This document shows, one piece after another, positions 26,192 to 37,750 of a DNA stretch of 64,000 bases (position 1 is the stretch's first letter; the number at the start of each line of letters is the position of its first letter). Under the pieces are notes generated by a model. That model had not been told where the DNA came from. It ran no database searches and saw only the letters and a list, made by a program, of their open reading frames with translations. The DNA comes from Leucoraja ocellata (Eukaryota), in the NCBI GenBank assembly GCA_036785375.1, contig JAWMAR010000079.1:1240001-1304000 (forward strand), read 5' to 3'. Made by a program: the position numbers and the translations under genes.

Positions 26192-26522
26192 GAAATTGGA
26201 GGAACAGCACCTCATATTCCGCCTGGGTTGCTTGCGTCCGGATGGCATGACAATTGAATTCTCCCAATTCTCCCAATTTTAGCTAGCCCTTGCTGTCTCC
26301 TCCTCTTCCTTAACCCTCGAGCTGTCTCCTCCCATTCCCCCGCCCTCGGGCTCCTCCTTCTCCCTTTTTTCTTCCTTCTCCCCACCCCCCATCAGTCTGA
26401 AGAAGGGTTTCGGCCTGAAACGTCACCTATTTCCTTCGCTCCATAGTTGCTGCTGCACCCGCTGAGTTTCTCCAGCATTTTTGTGTACCTTCGATCTTCC
26501 AGCATCTGCAGTTCCTTCTTGA
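26192..26522 (+). mobile_element. Penelope-like element 3' end (ORF C-terminus plus terminal repeat)
   Basis: Encodes KLEEQHLIFRLGCLRPDGMTIEF, followed by a pyrimidine-rich UTR and the shared terminal repeat; flanked by acccttcaacag repeats. Confidence 0.85.
26393..26428 (+). ncRNA. Minimal hammerhead-ribozyme-like motif in PLE terminus
   Basis: CAGU CUGAAGA AGGGUUUCGGCCU GAAAC GUC ACCU. Intact core, GUC triplet, palindromic ACGU in place of stem III. Confidence 0.55.
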
Positions 26523-29155
26523 ACCCTTCAACAGCACTGAGTTGACTCCGCTTCTCTTTCCAGAGGTTCTGCCGTGCCAGCTGAATGTTTCCAACAATTC
26601 CTGTTCTTATTATGATTCTTTTCATGGCTGAATTAATTCCCGACATACATTTGGAGTTGAGAATGGTTTGAGTGAATGATAATGGTGCTTTTATTTATTT
26701 TTTAATGTAGGGTGCCTTCTTGGTCCGATGGGAATAAATGGCAATTGGAGACTTGGTTCTATGGTCGAACTTTAAAGTTCAACTCATAGTACAAAGACGG
26801 ACTGAATCATACCAAGCTTTTGCCCAATCTCAATATACAATCCTCAACAGTTCTGCATCTTGCTGACTCCTACCCCTCTCATCCCCTCACTGGGTTATTT
26901 TGTTGTCCCCTCACTGACCTCTACATTTTGACCCCTCCTCTGCTCCCCTTATCTTTTGTCCAACCCAACTTCCTGAAGAGAATCTTGATGGGTGGTGGGG
27001 AAGAACTCCTTGGCCACATTCTCGGATGTTGCCTGATGTTTAATGGTTTAGTTAGTTTAATAACTAAAGCTGGTGACCTGTACTGTTGATCCCGAGATGC
27101 AAGTTCAAATCCCACCAGAGCAAAATGGGAATTTTATTCAAGTAATTAAATAAACCTGGAGTAAAAGGCTAATCTCAGTAGAGGTGACTATGACTCTTCT
27201 GAAAACCTACCATTTGGCCCAACAAAGGCTTTTGAAGGCCTCTATGGATCTCCTTACGCACCAAAAAAACATAGTAATAGAATTAGGCCATTCACCTCAT
27301 CCAGTCTACTCCATCATTCAATTATGGCTGGTCTATTTTTCCCTCTCAGTCCCATTCTGCTGTCTTCTCCCTGATAAGACTCATATCTGCTATCTGAAAT
27401 AACCCAGAAAATTCAGCAGAAATGGGCAATATATACCAGTCTTTCCAGTGAGTTGGACTACACTGTATTTTTCATGCATTGAAAGAGTCCATTTCATCCA
27501 GTGACTCCAGATTGCCTTGGAGAATCCCATTTCCCCACTAATTTCTATGGGACCTATTCTGTCACATGCCCATGCACTTCCCTCTGATTCATCTGCACCA
27601 GGGATGTGGGCTGCCATTTAGCCCACCGACCCACTCATCCTTAGCATGGGGGAGGAAACGGGAGGAACATCAGAAGGAAGCCCACTTGATCACGGAGAGA
27701 ATGTACAAACTCTGCACAACCATCAGCAGATGCAGGAATAGATACAGGTCACTCGTACTGTGAAGCAGCATCACTACCTACCACCATCCCCAGATACCTA
27801 GTGATTTTCTAAAGATTATTTTTGACAATTGTAAATGTTTTTATCTTGGTAATTCTTGCAGTAAGCCATTGCACTTCGAAATTGGTTCTTGACAGCTTTT
27901 GTTGTGATCAGCCATCTGTTGGCAATTACAGCTGTTCCCTTTGTTTCACGATTCTCCACTCCTGCACTCATGCTGTTTTCAAAGCTTACATGGTGAAATT
28001 TGAGAATGATGGGGAGGAAGATGATTACATTTCAATCTGTGTTTTAGAATAAGGATGACTGTATAAATGGGTATCTTGGATCGGGGCGTTTGTGATTATT
28101 GCGCAAGGTCATTACCTGGTTTTTGGAAAGAAGGAAATTGAATTACATTAAAATGTCTACTTAAACCTCCAGGCTGTAGAGCACAGTGGATAATTCCAGG
28201 AGATTTTGAAAGATCTTAAGCAGTGAAGACATCAGCAGTGAAGTCTGCTGGCGCTGTTAAATGCACTTTGAATGGATTACTTTTTTATGAGATGCTGACT
28301 TTTCTGAAATAATAAATTCAATTACGGGGACCAGTTTATCTCTTCCTGTTTTGTTGGTATTTGAGTAGTTGCTGTGGCAGTTCCAAAAAGATGGCCATTA
28401 GGATTACCGGTCTCCAATCTTTTGTGGAGCTTTCCTCCAAAATGTGGGCTGATCCCTGGGCACATCCCTTTGGCCATTATCAACGAAGAATTTTTTTTGG
28501 AGTGGAGATAGGCTGAAATACAGAATACTGAATTTTGAGTATCGAAGTCCAATATAATATTAATGGAAGGAGATTTATTCTGGATCCCAAACCTCCCATC
28601 TCATTGGAGACCTCAATTTGTTCTGCATCACTAACCCCACAATTCACTGTGGACCACCATGCCAATAATCTCCCATCTCATTATGTTCTGCACCTCTGAC
28701 CCCACAACTCATTGTAGTCCACCATTTATTCTATACCTCTAACTCACATCTCATTGTAGACCACCGTTAATTTGGTGTCCACTATCGTTAGTTTACAAAG
28801 AAGCATCTTAACTCAGAAGCTGACACTCGCAAAGTGTTTATTCATTGAGACAGTAACGTGTATAGAAGAAATGAGGATTGGGCAACACATCATCTGCATA
28901 GCACCTGTACCTTTTGCTGTTTGTTTGCAACCAAAACTAATTATTACTATCTAATCTCTTGCTGCAGCACTGATTCAAAGTTTAGATGGATCAGAGGAAA
29001 GGTCATGTTAAATGTCATCTGATCGCTGTGAATGAACTGAGCCACACAGATATTCAATCACAGATAATTCAGTGCACACAAGCTTGAGACTTTGTTTCAT
29101 CATTGAAAAAATCCAGTATTTAAAGTGATTGCATTATTTTCCTTAAAAATTACAG

Positions 29156-29245
29156 GCTGCTGAAATGCCACAGAAGCCAGATCAAAGACATCTTCCAGTC
29201 GAAACCAATTTGGCACCGAGTCAGAAGGAGCAGCGCACTATAAAG
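29156..29245 (+). CDS. UACA: UACA linker exon: AAEMPQKPDQRHLPVETNLAPSQKEQRTIK
   Basis: ttacag acceptor, AAG|gtatta donor; 90 nt open in phase 0. Confidence 0.75.
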
Positions 29246-29526
29246 GTATTATTGTAGCATGTTCTTTAACCAGCTGAAGGAAAAAAACAAACTGCTGGAG
29301 GTCTTGACCTGAAATGTTGACAACTAGTTTCCTTTCACAGACACTGCTCGACTTTCTGAATTCCTCCAAACAGTATTCTTTGTTGCTCTGGAGTCCAGCC
29401 TCTGCAGTCTCTTGTGTCCCTAACATCTTTGAAGGTCCATTGTCAATAGTCCCCTCATTGAATAAAGTATTTACTCTGATGCAATACAGTTCATGGGATG
29501 ACCCTGGCTTGGCAGATATTACTGTT

Positions 29527-29681
29527 TAAGAAGGAACTGCAGATGCTGGAAAATCGAAAATGCTGGAGAAACTCAGCGGGTTTGAAGTCTGAAGAAGGGT
29601 TTCGACCCGAAACGTTGCCCATTTCCTTCGCTCCATAGATGCTGCCTCACCCGCTGAGTTTCTCCAGCATTTGTGTCTACC
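29527..29681 (+). mobile_element. Short fold-back PLE-terminus insertion with 17-bp TSD
   Basis: TSD tggcagatattactgtt at 29510-29526 and 29682-29698; perfect 24-bp inverted arms at 29558-29581 and 29649-29672. Confidence 0.85.
29586..29619 (+). ncRNA. Minimal hammerhead-ribozyme-like motif
   Basis: AGU CUGAAGA A GGGU-UUCG-ACCC GAAAC GUU GCC. Perfect stem II with a UUCG tetraloop; AACGUU palindrome; weak stem I. Confidence 0.55.
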
Positions 29682-30546
29682 TGGCAGATATTACTGTTGT
29701 CTCTGAATTCAACAGATTGAGGGTTCAATTCCCATCACTGAGATTGTAGCACCAGTACTACAGGCCTGCTGGATCTCCCAGTTGCTAACCATTTTAACTC
29801 CCCTTCCCATTCCCACACCAACCTTCCTGTAAGGTTTAAAAACTCATCACCTTGCTCCTGTCTGAAGGTTATGGAAAACACCAATTATCCATCGAGCAAT
29901 GCTGGGGTTGGGCAGTCAGGACCATGCTGGATGTCAGAAACCTTTGCAAGTATCTGCAAATGAGCCAAATAACTCTTCTCCTCTCACTCTTTTACTTTAT
30001 GCTACCATTCATTTGATAGGCAACGTTAAGCAAGCGCTTTTTCCAATCAACATTTCAACGCTCATTATGTTTTTAACTAGTAGCACTTCTATTTTTATTT
30101 TTTTAATTTACAAACAACTTTTACTCAACTGTATCCGAATGAATCTGAAATTCAGACAGCAAAAGTTGTAGAGTATCAGGCACCCATGAGTAGAACTGCA
30201 CTTTAACAGCCGATTGTGCTGCAGACAAGGGTTAGCAGCAGCTGAAGGGCCATATGTCGTAAAATGTCAATGCAGACGGCCATGACGAGGCACCATCATT
30301 AGCCTGAGGAAGAGTGCCAACCCAAAATGTCACCTACCCACTCCCTCCACACGTACTGCCCGGCCCGCCGAGTTACTCCAGCACTTTGTGTTTGTTCACC
30401 ATCATTAAACTGTTTCCCCTTCCATGGATGATGCCTGACATGCTGCACCCTGCACATTGTTATTTCAGGCCTCCAGTATCTCCAGAGAATGGTGCTTCAA
30501 CCCTTTAGGGTCAGAGTTATACATTAAGGTTTTGGACACGCTAGAG

Positions 30547-30988
30547 CAGTGGTTCCCAACCTTTTTTTGGCCATGCCCCACCTAATCACCTCTAAAATCC
30601 TGATGTCCCCCCCTTGCTTTCCCTTGAGAGAAAACGGAGGAAATAGATATTATAAGGGTAACTTAGCAAAAGCTCTTTGAATCGCATTTCTAAATCCAAT
30701 TCAATAAATAAGGTTCTCCCATGGCCTCACGCGCTTCGTGCGACGTGCATGAAGAGCGATGGCGCGGTGATTATGTAATAACTACACAATAAAGACCTTT
30801 TTTACCCCAAAAAAATATTTACTCAAAATAACATCTGAAACATAAACTACATATGTTTACCTGATGGAAAATCCTAAAAAATAAAAATTGAAAATTTGGA
30901 CCCAGACCTCCTCAGTCGCGCTCAATTGCCCCCCTTAAAAATCAAATTGCCCCCCTGTGGGGCGTACGCCCCACGTTGGGAACCACTG
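30547..30988. mobile_element. hAT (Charlie/Buster-type) MITE, 442 bp
   Basis: Perfect 14-bp TIR CAGTGGTTCCCAAC/GTTGGGAACCACTG; perfect 8-bp TSD cgctagag (30539-30546, 30989-30996) with TA at positions 4-5. Confidence 0.93.
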
Positions 30989-31330
30989 CGCTAGAGGCAA
31001 GAAGCATGTTCCCGATGTTGGGGGAGTCCAGAACCAGGGGCCACAGTTTAAGAATAAGGGGTGAGCCATTTAGAATGGAGATGAGGAAACACTTTTTCAC
31101 ACAGTTGTGAGTGTGGAATTCTCTGCCTCAGCGGGCAGTGGAGGCTGATTCTCTGGATGCTTTCAAGAGAGAGCTAGATAGGGATCGTAAAGATAGTGGG
31201 GTCAGGGGATGTGGGAAGAAGGCAGGAACAGGGTACTGATTGTGGATGGTCAGCCATGATCACATTGAATGGCCGTGCTGTCTCGAAGGGCCGAATGGCC
31301 TATTCCTGCACCTATTGTCCATTGTCTATT
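30989..31330 (+). mobile_element. CR1 LINE 3' end (host of the hAT MITE)
   Basis: gagtccagaaccaggggccacagtttaagaataagggg...tggaattctctgcctcag...gaatggcctattcctgcacctattgtc tail; sequence continues across the MITE. Confidence 0.85.
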
Positions 31331-32849
31331 GCATAGAAGCAAGCCCTTTTGTCCAATCATCTCAGTCCTATGAGCCCACAGTTGACCCATTTCCCTCCAA
31401 ATACTTCTTTATCCCATACCTATACAGATGCCTTTTCAATGTAATTGCCGAAAGCACACATCGAATCAATCAGGAAAAACTCACAAGCACCTCTTCAGAC
31501 ATTAAAAGATCTAATAAATGTTCAGTGTTTCAAATTTCCTTCAATCTATTATTTTAATTTCCTGCACTTGAATTTGTTTCCATTCTCTGTCATAGTAATT
31601 GCAGATCTGAGTAACAAATGTGTTAGTTAAGCACGATTGGACAGACTGCTTCAACCTTGCTGCTCTATTAATGAAATGTGCTATTAAGCACAATTGATCT
31701 TCGTTGCGAAGTCTAACAACATCAACAGTGATAGAACTAAGCCTGTATAATGTTTCTCCACACAGTAACGTGAAAAGGTAGTCATTCTGATATTGAAAGA
31801 TCCTTGCACTCTCTCCACCTCGGGATGGTCCAAAGTGCTTTGCAGCCAATGAAGTGTAGTTACTTCACTGTAAATTTGGTAACCAAATGATGGTGGTCCA
31901 GGGTCTAATAACGTCAAGAATGTCAGAGAGAACTCCGGCTAGGCTTCAGTCTTAGATGAAAAGAGATGGCAGCTCCAACTGAGCAGTACTTCCTCAGCAT
32001 GAAACCAGGAGCGCCCACCTAGATCATATCCTCAAGGCTCTGTGAACAGGACTTGTTCACAAAACTTACATTTTGCTGCCTTGCTATAAACACACAAGGC
32101 CCATGATAAAATGGAACTGTTAGATTTTCACCAGCTTCTAAATAGCTATATTTATGTTGGCTTAAGAGATGGCATCTTCTAAACCAGGTGTTCAACAGAA
32201 ATGATCTCTCAGATCAACATTCTACAACATAGGAGGATCCCATCAGATCCATAGCATATCCGAGTAGAGCAATCCCCCTCTCCTTACTTCTTTGCAGCTT
32301 ATCCTCTCATGTCCAGCAGCTTCCCATTGACTCCTGTTATTTACCGATACCACTTTGGTTTAGGAGTTCTGATGTGGCCAAGGAGGGAACCCCAGATACT
32401 TCCAAAGATGGGGCAGATTGCTGGGTAATTTGTGAGATGGTCCACTCATCCCACCACTTAACATATGCCTCAGATGTACAACCTAGAGGCTCACATGCCA
32501 TTCCAAATGCTCCTTCACCACCTTTTATTGTCATGGGCAGAGGCCTCCAGAACTTAATGGAAATGTTATCCTTTATCAAGGAAACTTTGAGCACATCCTT
32601 GAATCTGGGATGTGTAGGAAGGAACTGCAGATGCTGATTTAAAACAAAGATAGATACAAAATGCTGGAGTATTTCAGCAGGATAAGCAGCATCCTCATAC
32701 TCGCATACTGTTGATTGAGTCCCAGATCTGAACACCCAGCACCCATTTTCTGATTCGAAACAAGTGCAGCCAGGTTTGTTTTCTCTGCAAATCCCACTCG
32801 CCCACCCACAACTCCTCCATTTGGATAAATTTAATTTATTTCTCTTTAG

Positions 32850-32957
32850 GAACTTCAGATTGAAAATGAGGATCTCAAAGGAAAGTTGAAAAAGCTCAGT
32901 CATGAACAGAAGGCCTTCCTGGAGAGAGTGAATGGACTTCAAAAGCAACTGAGCCAG
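32850..32957 (+). CDS. UACA: UACA coiled-coil exon: ELQIENEDLKGKLKKLSHEQKAFLERVNGLQKQLSQ
   Basis: tctttag acceptor, CAG|gtacgt donor; 108 nt; IENEDLK and VNGLQ are UACA-like. Confidence 0.92.
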
Positions 32958-35327
32958 GTACGTCAGTAAAAATCTGCATATAACTGGACCGTCAACAAGG
33001 GGAAAAAAATCCATGGTTGTTTCATTGCTAAACAACATTTGACATCGAATCACGGCAAAATTAGGGCAATTTGTTAAAAAGCTTGGTCAAAGAGGCAGTT
33101 TCTCAAGAGCATCTTGAAGAAGAATTGGTAATGGCAAAGAAGTTGGGAGAGGGAATTCTGGAACGAAGAGCATTGGCAGCTGAAGGCACAGACACCCGCG
33201 GAGGAGCAAACAGGTTAAGAGGATCGAGATTTGAGGAGTGAGGAAATTACGAGTTAGGGAGATGATGAAACGTGCATAGATTTTAAAATTGGAGACTTGT
33301 TCTTTCAGGAGCCAGCGGATCAGTGAGCATGGTGTGGTGGTGTGTATTAGGACGTGGGCAAAAGTTTTGGCTGATTTTAGGTTGATGGAGAGAAGTGTAT
33401 TAGGATGGCAGCGTGGAAGTAAAAACCAGTGCAAAATGAATAGTGCTTTAGGATAAATGTCCTCGTGATAAAGTCAGCTTTCAGCCATAGGTGAGCAGAG
33501 GCAAGGCAGTCAGTGATGAGGAGAAACAGCTGTTTTAATGATGGAGATAACAGGCCCACTTCACATATCTGCTACTTGTTTGTGGAGTCCAGACTCCATT
33601 ACTTCTCTTATGTCTGTGGCTCAAAACCTACCAAAACTCCAAAGAATTCTTGAATATCTATAAAAGTTGATATATCGATGCAAGAAACTCTAGATGTTGG
33701 AATTTTGAGCATGAAACAAAATGCTGGAGGAACTCAATGGCTCAGGCAGCATATGCCAGTCTGAAGAAGGAACTTGACTCGAAATATCATTGGGCTGTTC
33801 CCCATACAGATGCTGCCTGACATGTTGATTACCGCCAGCACTTTGTGTTTGCTTAAAGGTTATATGTCCCTCAGGATGTTTGGATACGCAGAAAGTGGAA
33901 TGTAATACTAATTACTGGGCGTTACACTTGCGTCTTTATTGATTTATTTCAGATGTATTTATGGCTGGCAAGGCCCCATTTATTTTTTGCCCCTCCCTAA
34001 CCATCCCTTGGGAGTGTGTATTTAGCTTAGCCCATTGCTCTCACTGCTGTTTTACTGGTAGTTCCTGGATATTGACGTATTTCAGAACCGTGTGTGAACT
34101 GGATGGAAACTTACATCTGTTGTCAGTCCTGTCCCCCTGCTGTTCTTGACCTGTTGCGTGAGTTCTAAGCTTGGCAAATACTGTGATAGAGACTAAGCAA
34201 ATGAATATGCTGTATTTTGTAGATAGTCCACACTACAATTGTGAAACTGCTGCTGAATATCTCGGGCTGTAGGTTAGTGGTATAACAATTGGGTACCTGT
34301 GTAAAAATGTAATCCTCATTTTATTCTGCAGCAGAATAATTGAAAATAAAATGACAGACTCATTGTTCGTGCCCATGAATGTTTATTTATATAAATTCTG
34401 GGGTGCCCTATTTAAAGTAATTAATCATCTAATTTCCACTTCAAACACATTGACTTGCGGTCATTGAAAATAAAAGTATTTTAATTCTATCCAAACCGAT
34501 TGATGCTCTCTAATGCAAATATGGTAATTATTTTCTATTAACTCGTTTCTTCATCCACTCCCACATGCAAAGTGCCTTGTATCCAATCAGCCAAATGTCA
34601 TTTGCAAGTACAATACATTGAAATAATATTAAAGTAATGAGAGTAATCTTCAGAGCATTTTGCAATATATGTAATTATATGCAAAGAGTTTTACTATAAT
34701 TTACTGAAATGACCAAGCAAAGGTTAGCAATTTTCCGATCAGGCAGTGCTTTTTTGTGAAAATATAACTCGGCTACTGATATTGGAATGGCAGAGTGATT
34801 ACATTGCAATCCAATGATGCAGATTTGTTTTATCAGCATGACATTTGTGTGCATTCCTATCTAGCTGTGTCTCTTGCTGTGAATTCATGCTCTTCTTTCT
34901 TTTACTTTCATTCCCTGGTCATTGATTCTCTTATCTTCAAACAGAACATGCTTACCAGCTCATTCATTTCACGACCACCTCTTCTCATCTCTGAGCTATT
35001 TTCCAATGTTAACCTCTGACTTTCCACGGACTAGAGTGTGGATCCCTCTCCTTTCTGGAATCTGTGGGCTTTCAGAATTTAATCGTGGCATCGCCCACCT
35101 GCTACTTTAGTTCCTCTAACACTTTTCATCTATGGCAATCTTGGGCATTATGGTCCTTGGGTTTTCAGAGACTCAGTGAGGAATTGAACACTTAGTTATT
35201 TGGAAATTTTGTCGTTACTGTAAGTGCAGCCAGAAATGTCACGTGTGATCAAATAACTGATATGATAGGGTGGTCTCCGTGAAATGCTTTGTGGCTTTTG
35301 GTAAATGTTGTTGTTCCCATTATACAG

Positions 35328-35360
35328 GAGTGCAAGTCAGTGGGAGAGCTTCAAAATGAG
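35328..35360 (+). CDS. UACA: UACA 33-nt exon: ECKSVGELQNE
   Basis: tatacag acceptor, GAG|gtgagt donor; symmetric phase 0. Confidence 0.78.
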
Positions 35361-36199
35361 GTGAGTTTTTAACATTTAAACGTGAATTTAGGCTTGCGTT
35401 GGTACGGGGTGAAGGATGCCAGGATGCATTTATTTCTCACAACTGTCATTCTTTTGAAATCTCGATACCCACTGCCTCTTCTTCCAATTCAACGTTTCCC
35501 AGGACTGAAGGCTGGTGAAACCTATGATTTCCTCTATGTCTAATCTTGTACAGCTTTTTAAAATTCGCCTTGTCAAATTATAATTCCTCAGTTTTACTGC
35601 TGTCAACCCCCTCAATCATATATAAAATGGTGCCACATGGTGTTAAATTATGGACAGCTATGCTGACAAGTACGATACAGATTGGAGCCATGCTGGTTTC
35701 TGTAAGCGTTTCTCCCATTCTTGTCCTAATTTCCCTGAATTCATGCAACTATTCTTCACACATGCCCATCTATGCACCCATTTTAACTCCTCTTGGTGTT
35801 AACCCACATAATGGGGTTAATTCACAGGGGCCAAATAACTTTCTCGGTCCCAGTGATGCAGGGAGAAACTCACCTCGTCACAGAAATAATGTTAAACTGC
35901 ACAGATATCACCCAAGATCAGGATTAAACTTGGGTCCCTGGAACTGAGGCAGTCATTTTTAATGCTGAGCATCATGCTGTTTTAAATTGCTAAAGATTAT
36001 TTTTTTTGTGCGAAAGATTCTTTTACAGTCATTAGATGCAAAGAAGCAAGACTGACATTTCTATTGTTCCTTTCAAACACTCAATGTTTCAAAGGGGTTG
36101 ATGTAAATTAAGTATATTTGAGGTGTAATTGTCACTGCAGTAAAGGAACCAGAGGGAGGCTGTTTAAAGCAACTATTTGACAAGCACTGCCCTACACTC

Positions 36200-36930
36200 T
36201 TCAATCACCTTCATCACCACCTCAAAAATAAAATCTCAATCAAGTTTATAAAACATGACCTGCCCCAGACAACGCCATGCTGACTGTCCCTAATTAGTCC
36301 ATTCTCTCCCACATGCAAGTAAATCCTATTCAGAAGAATCCAATCCACCAGTTCCCTGCCATTGACATGAGGCTCATGTCTCATGTCATTAATTCCAGGT
36401 CTATAATTTCCTGGATTATTCCCATTTTCCTTCAACAAAGGAATGATATTGGCTACTCTAGTCCTCTGAGACCTCGACTGTGGCTAGAGAGGATACAAAG
36501 ATCTCCAAGGCCCCAGCAATCTCCCCTCTCAATAATATGGAATAGATTCCATTAAGCCCTGCGGTCTTATCCATCTTAAAGCTCTTCAAAAGACCCAGCA
36601 CCACCTCCTCGATCTCAAAATGCCCGAGCATGTTCGTACACTCCAAAATAATCTTGCTATCTTCCATGTCCTTTGCCTTGGTGAATACTGATGCAAAAGT
36701 ACTAATTTAACACCTTGCCTACGTCCTCTGATTTAAGGCTTAAATTCCTTCCTTTATCCTTGAGTGGTTCCTACCCTCTGCCTAGTTGCCCCCTCTTGCT
36801 TAATGTATAGAGTACCTTGGGATTGTCTCTATAATCTGATTTACCAATGATATTTCACGGTGTGTTCAGTGCTTCCTAATTCCCTACTTGAGTTATTTCC
36901 TGCTTTCTTTATATTCCTCAAAAGATGTTG
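36200..36930 (-). mobile_element. CR1 LINE internal (RT) remnant
   Basis: Minus-strand translations NPGNYRP..., ENGLIRDSQHG..GRSC, and EEVVLGLLKSFKMDKTAG..GIY. Confidence 0.8.
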
Positions 36931-37089
36931 CTTTGTCTCAACTTCCTCTCTGATATGTCCAGTGTTTCAAATGCTTTCAACCTTAAAACCTCCATTCGGA
37001 TAATTTCCCCTCTTTTTCAGGGAGTGGAGATCCAATTTTTTCTGGCATTCTTGACTGTTTTGTTTTAATTCTAATAAAATTATTTCTAT

Positions 37090-37750
37090 GGTTTCAAAGT
37101 TTTCAAAGGTCTTTTATTGTCACGTGTACCAAATAAGGTACTGTGATGTATGAATTACCATACAGCCACACTAAAAAAGCAACAAGACACACAACTACCT
37201 AAAAGTTAACATAAGCTTCCAGACAGCAGATTCCCCACATTCCTCACTGTGATGGAAGGCAATAAAGTCTAATCTTCCCTCATGTTTCTCCCGCCGTCGG
37301 GGCAGTCGATGCCCCCACGTCGGGGCGGTCGAAGTTCCCGCGGCTTGGAATTCCCGAAGTCGGTTGCTGACCAGAGACTGCGAGCTCTGCGATGTTAAAG
37401 TCTGCAGGCACCCATGGTTGGAGCTCAGAGGTTGATCCCTGACAAAGGGATCGCAAGCTCCGCAATGTTAAAGTCCGCAGGCTCCCACGGAGGAGCTCTC
37501 GAAGTCAGTTTCCATCAAAGGCCGCCAACTCCTCGATGTTAGGCCACAGTGCGGACGGAGATACGATACGGAAAAAAAAATTGCATCCCCGTTAAGGTAA
37601 GAGATTAGAAAAAGTTTCCCCTGACCCCCTTCCCCCACCCCCCACATAAAACAAGCTAAAGAACACAAAAAACATGCATTTAACACAAACTAAAAAAACA
37701 ATGAAGGGGCAGACAGACTGTTGGTGAGGCAGCCATTGCTGGCGTCACCT
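37090..37750 (-). mobile_element. GC/CpG-rich retroposon with Rex1-like 3' tail (family unassigned)
   Basis: Starts with ggtttcaaag repeats and cttttattgtcacgtgtacc (a reversed 3' tail). The CpG-rich body contrasts with the flanks. Confidence 0.55.

Noticed and set aside
28173-28225. Extra UACA exon after ctccag
   Set aside because: No convincing donor, and the reading frame is already complete without it.
32337-33053. 238-aa minus-strand ORF
   Set aside because: Runs antisense across a UACA exon and a PLE fragment; no recognisable domain.
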